Source: Candidatus Nealsonbacteria bacterium | GTDB lineage: Bacteria > Patescibacteriota > Minisyncoccia > Minisyncoccales > PWPS01 | Length of the DNA stretch: 61,264 bases | Assembly: GCA_003555075.1 (NCBI GenBank) | Contig: PWHW01000004.1 | Coordinates: forward strand, 1-61,264 | Reading direction: 5' to 3' | In this document: piece by piece, positions 54,590 through 61,264 of the stretch | Layout of the letters: every line of letters starts with the position of its first letter | Position numbering within the stretch: position 1 is the stretch's first letter | Program-made: the position numbers and the translations under genes | The notes under the pieces: generated by a model | What the model was told of the DNA's origin: nothing | Databases searched by the model: none | Seen by the model: the letters and a program-made list of their open reading frames with translations, nothing else

Positions 54590-55024
54590 GTGAGGTACAA
54601 GAAGATCGTGACTGCGGAAAATTACAAGAGGGAACTGGAGGGAGTAAAGAAAGATATATTGGAAATGGTCTCTATCGAGAAAAGTCTTTATAATCTGGGA
54701 GCAATGAAAAGATTTACAAGAAAAGCAGAGTGGTGGATTCCGGGAGCTTTGATAAGAATCGAGAAAGCTGTTCCGGAAGAGGACTTCTACTTAGTTATTC
54801 TTCTCATTATTCCTGCAAGGGAGACTGAAAATAAAAGTAAGGGACTTTTACTTGGTTATGTACAATGTGTGTACAAAATAGAAGGATGGAGAGTGACAAG
54901 ACACTTTCTTCCTACGCCCAATGGTCCTGATATTAAAAAAACAGGGAGGGAGGCGCTGGAAGAGGTGGTCAATCTCTTTTCACAGAGATTCAATTTACAC
55001 CTTGAACTTGATAAAGATCAATAA
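54590..55024 (+). CDS. Hypothetical protein
   Basis: 144-aa ORF with a GGAGG RBS; terminator follows. Confidence 0.7.
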   Translation: MRYKKIVTAENYKRELEGVKKDILEMVSIEKSLYNLGAMKRFTRKAEWWIPGALIRIEKAVPEEDFYLVILLIIPARETENKSKGLLLGYVQCVYKIEGWRVTRHFLPTPNGPDIKKTGREALEEVVNLFSQRFNLHLELDKDQ

Positions 55025-55050
55025 AGCGCCGATTATCGGTGCTTTTTTTT
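55023..55050 (+). terminator. Intrinsic terminator
   Basis: AAAGCGCCGAT-t-ATCGGTGCTTT followed by a T-run. Confidence 0.6.
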
Positions 55051-55054
55051 AGTA

Positions 55055-56320
55055 ATGAATGAAAAAAATAACAAATTTGATATTGCGGTTATCGGAGCGG
55101 GGCCTGCGGGGATGATGGCTGCCATAAAAGCTTCTGAATCAGGAGCTCGAGTGGTGGTGCTTGAAAAGAACAAGAAACCCGGAGTAAAACTTCTTCTTAC
55201 TGGCAACGGGATATGCAACTTAACTAATGCAAGGATTAAGCCCACCCATTTAAAACCTTTTTACGGGAAAAAGAGCGGTTTTCTCTTTCATTCGTTCAAT
55301 GTCTTTGGACCTGAAAAAACAATGGAATTCTTTGAATCACGGGGATTGAAGTTAAAGAGGGAGAGGGGCGACAGGATCTTTCCTGTTACCGACAAAGCAA
55401 GCAGTGTGCTCAGTGTTCTGCTCAAGGAACTCAAGAAAAACGGAGTTGTTTTGATCTGTAAGGCGAAAGTTCATCGCTTCAAAAAGGAAGGAAAGAAGAT
55501 CAAAGGAGTTATTCTTTATGACAAAAGCGAAATCCTCGCAGATGATTTTATTATTTGCAGCGGAGGCAAAGCTTATCCCTCTACCGGATCTGATGGAAGC
55601 GGATTTAGGTGGGCTACCTCTCTTTCTCATACGGTAACAAAGGCTTACCCTGTTCTAACTCCTCTGAATGTAAAAGAGGAATGGGTGAGGGAATTGGAGG
55701 GATTGAGTTTAAAGAATGTGGAATTTATCATAAAAAGCAAGAAAAAATTTAAGGCACTCGGAGAGTGTGTATTTACTCGTCACGGAGTAAGTGGACCTCT
55801 TGCCTTGTCAGCAAGCGAGAAAATAGTAGAGATTCTTGAAAAAGAAAATGTTAAGATATCACTAAATCTGAAGCCCGGCCTGGATCGTTCCAAGCTTGAC
55901 AAGAGAATAAGAAGAGACTTTGAGAAGTATTCCAATAAGGCCTTTAAGAACGGACTAAGAGATCTCATTCCATCAAAAATGATACCGGTAATAGTAAAGC
56001 TTTCCGGGGTGGATCCCGAAAAAGAGGTCAACAAGATAACAAAAGAGAAAAGGAAAGCAATAGTAGAATTATTAAAGGACTTGGAGCTAACAATAACCGG
56101 CACTGCTGGTTTCGATATGGCTATAACAAATAGCGGGGGAGTCTCCTTGTCGGAAATTGACGAAAGAACCATGAGATCAAAATTAATGGACAACCTCTTC
56201 TTTGCAGGGGATATATTAGATATTCATGGTCCCACAGGAGGATTTAACTTGCAAATATGTTGGAGTACAGGTTATCTTGCGGGGAAAAATGCCGCAAAAA
56301 AAGAGTATGACAAAGCTTGA
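55055..56320 (+). CDS. HI0933/BaiN/YhiN-family flavoprotein
   Basis: IGAGPAG, KLLLTGNG.CNLTN, GGKAYPSTGSDG, TRHGVSGP, GGVSL.EI, TGGFNLQ..WSTG. Confidence 0.93.
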   Translation: MNEKNNKFDIAVIGAGPAGMMAAIKASESGARVVVLEKNKKPGVKLLLTGNGICNLTNARIKPTHLKPFYGKKSGFLFHSFNVFGPEKTMEFFESRGLKLKRERGDRIFPVTDKASSVLSVLLKELKKNGVVLICKAKVHRFKKEGKKIKGVILYDKSEILADDFIICSGGKAYPSTGSDGSGFRWATSLSHTVTKAYPVLTPLNVKEEWVRELEGLSLKNVEFIIKSKKKFKALGECVFTRHGVSGPLALSASEKIVEILEKENVKISLNLKPGLDRSKLDKRIRRDFEKYSNKAFKNGLRDLIPSKMIPVIVKLSGVDPEKEVNKITKEKRKAIVELLKDLELTITGTAGFDMAITNSGGVSLSEIDERTMRSKLMDNLFFAGDILDIHGPTGGFNLQICWSTGYLAGKNAAKKEYDKA

Positions 56321-57389
56321 GAAATTAAGAAGATTCTACAATCGATATGAGAGGTACCTTATACCCGGCGCACTGGTCTTCGGATTCATTACCGATGTAT
56401 TGACCTTTGATTTTTTGGACTTTAACCTTGCTATGCTTTTACTCCTTGGACAACTACTTCTTGTGGGAGCTAATATTAGCGTTATCAATCTTTATGAAGA
56501 AAAAGTTGTCTCTGGAAAAATCTTCTCTTACTGGAGAGTGTTAGCTCCCGTTCTTTTGCAATATTCCTTTGGAAATCTCTTTAGTGCATTTTTGATATTT
56601 TACTCTCATAGCGGCTCCTTATTTGCCAGCTGGCCTTTTATCGTGATCGTTGTCTTTTTGATGATCGGGAACGAGGTTTTCAGGAAATACAACGTCCGTC
56701 CTACCATTCAAATAGGAGTCTATTTTTTTGCAATTTTTTCTTATTTGAACATTCTTTTACCTCATTTATTGAAGGACCTTGGTGCAGGAATATTCATAGC
56801 AAGTGGCCTGATTGCCCTTTTCTTGGTTACGCTCTTTATTCATATTCTTTCTATTTATACGTTCAGAGTAGATGATAAAAAAAGAGCACTCTCCTTTTGT
56901 ATAGGGGGTATTTTTTGTTTGATGAATTTTCTTTATTTCTTTAATTTTATACCTCCCATCCCTCTTTCCATGAGAGAAATAGGAGTGTATCATGATATTG
57001 AGAGGGTTGATAGCGGATATAGAGTAGTTACGGAGAAAGATGATCCTTTATGGAGATCTTTGCTCTTTTATGAAAGGAGGCATATTCCTTCGGAAACTCA
57101 GATCATATATGTGTTCAGTGCTGTTTATGCTCCCGAGGAAATGGAACTTGAAGTGGCTCATGAATGGCAAAGGTTTAATGAGCAAAAAAGAAAATTTGAG
57201 ACCATTGCGGAAATTCCCTTTACAGTCAGAGGGGGGAATGATGAGGGTTATAATTGGTTCACTTATTATAATGCTTATCCCGGGAGATGGAGGGTTAATG
57301 TAAGGACAAGGGAGGGGCATATCATAGAGCGAAGGGACTTTTATGTGATCCGGGAGCAGGAAGTGCCAAGGATTATAAAAGAAATATAA
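56289..57389 (+). CDS. DUF2914-like multi-TM protein
   Basis: Multiple TM helices; IPPIPL; FSAVYAP...HEW; G...GY..FT....PGRWRV.V.T. Confidence 0.75.
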   Translation: MPQKKSMTKLEKLRRFYNRYERYLIPGALVFGFITDVLTFDFLDFNLAMLLLLGQLLLVGANISVINLYEEKVVSGKIFSYWRVLAPVLLQYSFGNLFSAFLIFYSHSGSLFASWPFIVIVVFLMIGNEVFRKYNVRPTIQIGVYFFAIFSYLNILLPHLLKDLGAGIFIASGLIALFLVTLFIHILSIYTFRVDDKKRALSFCIGGIFCLMNFLYFFNFIPPIPLSMREIGVYHDIERVDSGYRVVTEKDDPLWRSLLFYERRHIPSETQIIYVFSAVYAPEEMELEVAHEWQRFNEQKRKFETIAEIPFTVRGGNDEGYNWFTYYNAYPGRWRVNVRTREGHIIERRDFYVIREQEVPRIIKEI

Positions 57390-57396
57390 TAGAAAA

Positions 57397-58086
57397 ATGA
57401 GCAAAAAAGAAAAATTTTTCACAGAAAGGGACAAGGTACTTTTAAAGATATTTCTTCTTATCTTTCTTTTTTTCGTGATAATTATCAACTGGAAAGAGGT
57501 TTCCGCATTCTTTAATTTGAGGATTGCTTCCCATACTCTTCAGAATAAGTTTCAGGAATTGATCCTTTCTCCCGAGAAAGATGTTGTTGAGCATGATGAT
57601 GAAATGAGAGAATACGAAGAACGGGAAGAGGATGTTGAGAGGTGCGAAGGAGGGGATAGAATAGAGGTCTCGGCAATAGAAATAGAAGCTCCCATTGTGG
57701 AAACAGAAGGGGTTAGTGAAAAGGAGTATAGAGAAGCTCTTGATAGAGGGGTTGTTCGTTTTCCTGACGGATATTTTCCGGGAGAAAAAGGACTAACTGT
57801 TCTTTTCGGACACTCCGCTCCTCCCGGTTGGCCTGATATTAATTATGACAGAGTATTTACAGAGATTGATAAGCTGCAGGAAGGAGATGAGATAGAAATA
57901 TGCTACGACAATAGATTTTATACTTACAGAGTTATCGAAGAAAAGGAGGAGGAAAAGGTTTATGAAGTGGGTGAAGATGTTCCTCCTCTTTATCCCCAAG
58001 CAGAGAAAAAGGAGCTTGTGCTCATGACTTGCTGGCCCCCCGGAGATGCTGAAAGCAGAATGGGGGTGAGGGCAATAATAGATTAA
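57397..58086 (+). CDS. Sortase
   Basis: N-terminal TM helix; ALDRGV, LFGHS, F.EI.KL.EGD.I, Y.YRV, LMTCWPPG...R. Confidence 0.88.
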   Translation: MSKKEKFFTERDKVLLKIFLLIFLFFVIIINWKEVSAFFNLRIASHTLQNKFQELILSPEKDVVEHDDEMREYEEREEDVERCEGGDRIEVSAIEIEAPIVETEGVSEKEYREALDRGVVRFPDGYFPGEKGLTVLFGHSAPPGWPDINYDRVFTEIDKLQEGDEIEICYDNRFYTYRVIEEKEEEKVYEVGEDVPPLYPQAEKKELVLMTCWPPGDAESRMGVRAIID

Positions 58087-58576
58087 CGCGTAATTGTAAA
58101 AAGTTTTCTTGCTTGCCTCGGGAAGTGATTTTTCATTTTCCACAGAGATATCTTTGAAAAGGGCTTAAAGGGTGATGGATGAGCCTACAGTAGGTAGCGC
58201 TGACTCTTTTTTGTTTTTTTCTCTCCTTGTTGCTTGATCGATATAGAGGTGTGTGCAAACAAAAGTTTTTTTTGGAAACCCTGATCATGGGTATTTCTTT
58301 AAACGAAGCTTCTACCCTTCTTATCATGAAAACTCTAAAGGAGGAAGGTCTCTCTATTGTGGCTCTGATGACCATCTTTACACTCTTATTTGCACTTATT
58401 ACTTCTCCTTTAATATGTTTGCGATAGCGATCTCAGCGGTCTTCTCTTGAGTTCTTGACTAAAAAAGATTATTATTTTATAATATAGACGCTTCTCAAGA
58501 AAGAAGTGTGGTGTACCTTGAAAATCGCCAAATTCCATTTTCGGAACAATAATCTTTTAAAAGGAGGGATGAATGA

Positions 58577-59590
58577 ATGAATATCGAGAAAGTGTCAAAA
58601 GAGAGGACAAGTGAGGAGAAAAGAAGAGAAGGAAGAAGAAAGAAAAGGAACAAGATAATAGCGGTGTCCTCGGTAGCCCTTGTTATTTTACTTGTTTTCC
58701 TTTGGGTTGGTTTTCCGGAAGACATCTTCAGGGAAGCTACCAAAGAAAAAGAGTTTGTAACAGAAGAAGAGGATGCAACGGAAGAAGCTGAAGATCCTGA
58801 AGAGTTTGAGGCACCTGAAATAGTGGATAGAGATGTTATACCTCTTGAAGAAGCAAAGGACGGGAAACCTTCTGTTACCTCGAACGATGTCCCTACTATC
58901 GTAGATGATGATGTGTCCTCAAAGCATAATGATGAATCAAAGCCTGAAATAACTGATAAAGATGTCAAGAAGAAGGACGAGGATGCCCCTACTATCGTAG
59001 ATGATGATGTGTCCTCAAAGCATAATGATGAATCAAAGCCCAAGATAGAAGATGAGGATCTGAAAGAAGAGAAGAAAGAAGAGAAGAAAGAAGAAAAACA
59101 AGAAGAACCTACAATAGTTGACGAAGACGTCTCCTCAGAAAACAAAGAGGAGTCCTCAAAGCCCAAGATAGAAGATGAGGATTTGAAAGAAGAGAAGAAA
59201 GAAGAAAAACAAGAAGAACCTGCAATAGTTGACGAAGACGTCTCCTCGAAAAACAAAGAGGAGTCATCAAAGCCCGAGGTAGAAGATGAGGATTTGAAAG
59301 AGAAGGAGGAAGAGGAAAAGCAAGAAGAACCTGCAATAGTTGACGAAGATGTCTCCTCGAAAAACAAAGAGGAGTCATCAAAGCCCGAGGTAGAAGATGA
59401 GGATTTGAAAGAGAAGGAGGAAGAGGAAAAGCAAGAAGAACCTGCAATAGTTGACGAAGATGTCTTCTCGGAAAGTAAGAAGGAACCTTCAGATCCTGAA
59501 GTAGAAGAAGATCTCGAAGGGAAGAAGGAAGAAGAAGACGAGAATGAAGAGGAAAATGAACCTCAAATATTGGATCCGGATGTGGAATAG
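58577..59590 (+). CDS. Membrane-anchored acidic tandem-repeat surface protein
   Basis: Basic N-terminus, TM helix, six PxIVDxDVSS repeats; AAGGAGGG RBS. Confidence 0.85.
   Translation: MNIEKVSKERTSEEKRREGRRKKRNKIIAVSSVALVILLVFLWVGFPEDIFREATKEKEFVTEEEDATEEAEDPEEFEAPEIVDRDVIPLEEAKDGKPSVTSNDVPTIVDDDVSSKHNDESKPEITDKDVKKKDEDAPTIVDDDVSSKHNDESKPKIEDEDLKEEKKEEKKEEKQEEPTIVDEDVSSENKEESSKPKIEDEDLKEEKKEEKQEEPAIVDEDVSSKNKEESSKPEVEDEDLKEKEEEEKQEEPAIVDEDVSSKNKEESSKPEVEDEDLKEKEEEEKQEEPAIVDEDVFSESKKEPSDPEVEEDLEGKKEEEDENEEENEPQILDPDVE
58892..59500 (+). repeat. Intragenic tandem repeat, 96-120 bp units
   Basis: Units start at 58892, 58988, 59108, 59219, 59330 and 59441 (periods 96, 120, 111, 111, 111). Confidence 0.9.
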
Positions 59591-59599
59591 TTCTTTTAA

Positions 59600-59623
59600 A
59601 AGGAAGAAGCTTTCTTCTTCCTT
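59600..59623 (+). terminator. Intrinsic terminator
   Basis: AAGGAAGAAG-cttt-CTTCTTCCTT, with a T-run after. Confidence 0.55.
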
Positions 59624-59704
59624 ATTTTTTAAGGTTTTGAAATATCTCAAAGCTTTAAAAGACAAGGAAGATATTATTAAAGATTAATAATTGTTTTTAA
59701 GAAT

Positions 59705-59896
59705 ATGAAAAAACAAAAGGAGGGTAATACCACCATACTATATATAATTATTGCAATTCTAGCCATTGCGCTGGGTTTTGCCATCTTGAACGGCATAATG
59801 GAAGAACGAGAACCTGAAGAAGAAATAATGGAAGAAGATGTCCTAGAGGAGGGTCCTGAGCTTATGGATCCTGATATAGAGAGGTTGGAAGAGTAA
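59705..59896 (+). CDS. Small TM-anchored acidic protein
   Basis: 63 aa; TM helix followed by an acidic tail ending PELMDPDIERLEE. Confidence 0.7.
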   Translation: MKKQKEGNTTILYIIIAILAIALGFAILNGIMEEREPEEEIMEEDVLEEGPELMDPDIERLEE

Positions 59897-60057
59897 AATC
59901 CTTGACGAAACATAGAAAGTATTATATAATATAAACATATTAACAGATTGCTCTTTTTTACATTGTTTTGTCGGTTCTTGGTGCTCGGTTCTTTATAAAT
60001 AAAAGGATAAAGACCTGCGTGCCGAGAATCGGCAAACCTTAAAAGGAGGGAAGTAGA

Positions 60058-60627
60058 ATGGGTGAAGAGAAGAAAGGGCAGGAGCAGCAACAAGAAGAAA
60101 GACAGGAAAAACAGAAAGCGCAGGGCAGAGATTGGTTCAGGATTTTTGTTGCAGGAGGAATTGTTGTAGCGATCCTATTACTTGTTTGGATAGGAATTGG
60201 TTTATTGCAACAACCGGCTGAAGTAGACAGAGGATCTCCGGCAAAACAGACAGAAGGAGATATTCCAGAGATTGTAGGAGAAGACGTGGTAAGAATCGAA
60301 GACCCGGGATTATCAATGATACACACCAAGAAGGTAGAAAAAGAAGGTAATAAGTTGATAGTGTATTATGAATGGCAGAAAAGACCGGAAAAAGGAGAAG
60401 AGTATATTTTTGCAGCAGAAGGATGGGACAATAGTGTGCAGTTTAAAGAAGAGAAAATGGCAAAAAGCCAGAAAACAGGTGGAGATGAAAGTGATAGAGG
60501 AAAAATGACGATTGAGCTTTGTGCCGATCAACACGAAAGAACAACACATGCACGGATCGTCGCTACCGGAGAATGTCAGTTATGGGAGAGCAGCGGAGGA
60601 TTTGTTCCTGTTGGAGGCAGACGATGA
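60058..60627 (+). CDS. Bitopic membrane hypothetical protein
   Basis: Q-rich N-terminus, TM helix, two Cys in the outer domain; AAGGAGGG RBS. Confidence 0.75.
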   Translation: MGEEKKGQEQQQEERQEKQKAQGRDWFRIFVAGGIVVAILLLVWIGIGLLQQPAEVDRGSPAKQTEGDIPEIVGEDVVRIEDPGLSMIHTKKVEKEGNKLIVYYEWQKRPEKGEEYIFAAEGWDNSVQFKEEKMAKSQKTGGDESDRGKMTIELCADQHERTTHARIVATGECQLWESSGGFVPVGGRR

Positions 60628-60751
60628 ACTTGCTTGTTCTTTTCAAGGAAGGGGGGTGAAAAAAACTTCCTTCCGCTTTTCTAGATTTTTTAATTTTTAG
60701 ATTGAAAGATCTAAAAAGGCGGAACAAACAATAAAAAATAAAAAAATAACA

Positions 60752-61264
60752 ATGAATACCAATAAAATGAAAAAAGTTGTTCTTTGGGCGTTGGCTGGAC
60801 TTCTTGCTCTCGGAATTTTTGGTTTTGGAGCCCAAGAGGTCGAGGCCAGCTCTTCTAGAGGAAACATCTCCTGTAGCACGGTTGATGAAAACAATATCAA
60901 CATCTCCTATCAAGCAGAGAATTTCAGTAACGGATCTATTTACAGGAATTCAAGCAAGATTGTGACCGGCATAAGAGGTGATTACTCCGACGACCTCAGA
61001 AATCGCAACCTTTCTCCCGATACCAGCTACACTTTTGAGCTCAGGGACGAAGGAACTTTGGTAGACAGGGTTACCTGCAGAACATCCGGTAAAACTGCTC
61101 CCAAGCAGGCTTACGGAAACATCTCCTGTAGCACGATCGACAGGAATACCATCGATATCTCTTATGAAGCGGAGAATTTCAGCGACGGAAAGCTCTACAG
61201 GGATTCCAGTGTCATTGTGACCGGCATAAAAGGTGATTACTCCGACAATCTCAGAAATCGCAAC
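60752..61264 (+). CDS. Secreted protein with 85-aa Fn3-like Cys-paired repeats (3' partial; not in the ORF track)
   Basis: Manual translation: MNTNKMKKVVLWALAGLLALGIFGFGAQEVEA, then GNISCST...LSPDTSYTFELR...VTCRT. The repeat restarts at 61115 (period 255 nt). Confidence 0.85.
   Translation, partial: MNTNKMKKVVLWALAGLLALGIFGFGAQEVEASSSRGNISCSTVDENNINISYQAENFSNGSIYRNSSKIVTGIRGDYSDDLRNRNLSPDTSYTFELRDEGTLVDRVTCRTSGKTAPKQAYGNISCSTIDRNTIDISYEAENFSDGKLYRDSSVIVTGIKGDYSDNLRNRN

Noticed and set aside
58090-58500. Short ORFs between the sortase and the repeat protein, including a hydrophobic peptide resembling a type I toxin
   Set aside because: SD spacing does not fit any start, the ORFs overlap on both strands, and there is no antisense unit or terminator support.
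3735-60965. Numerous antisense and alternative-frame ORFs in the track (e.g. 3735-4283, 5163-5924, 15156-15791, 32886-33422, 58495-59367)
   Set aside because: They are shadows of purine-rich or repetitive real genes, giving S/F/L-rich translations with no motifs or initiation signals.

Overview
A 61-kb chromosomal window from a reduced-genome bacterium, most likely Patescibacteria/CPR of the Parcubacteria type. This is inferred from the PaaX/Cas2-like regulator, the sigma70-r4+HTH protein, the VirD4-like ATPase with a C-terminal CxxC-x17-CxxC motif and the 'GSPGNETEYFGP' peptidoglycan-binding proteins. Surface proteins are very acidic, which suggests a saline habitat. Core genes: yraN, comM, comF, dprA, hup, trmI, tsaC, murB, hpf, secA/D/F, pgk, recJ-like, rnhA, efp, proB and a sortase. 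They are interleaved with many self-contained accessory ORFans. No tRNA, rRNA, integrase, transposase or true CRISPR array was seen. Three non-coding signals stand out. (1) A 32-bp perfect palindrome (TACCTATATTCCACAATTGTGGAATATAGGTA) occurs 7 times, only within 786-12784. It tightly flanks a wHTH+Cas2-like gene and also lies between accessory gene blocks and beyond the competence/recombination cluster. (2) Two tandem promoter-terminator small-RNA units upstream of murB; the 26-nt loop of the second is complementary to the first in two swapped blocks. (3) A probable leaderless Pro-Pro leader-peptide attenuator in front of proB. An AAGGTC(G/A) motif also recurs upstream of non-Shine-Dalgarno genes, while a separate gene class has strong AAGGAGG sites. 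All calls are from motif recognition by eye; no database searches were run.
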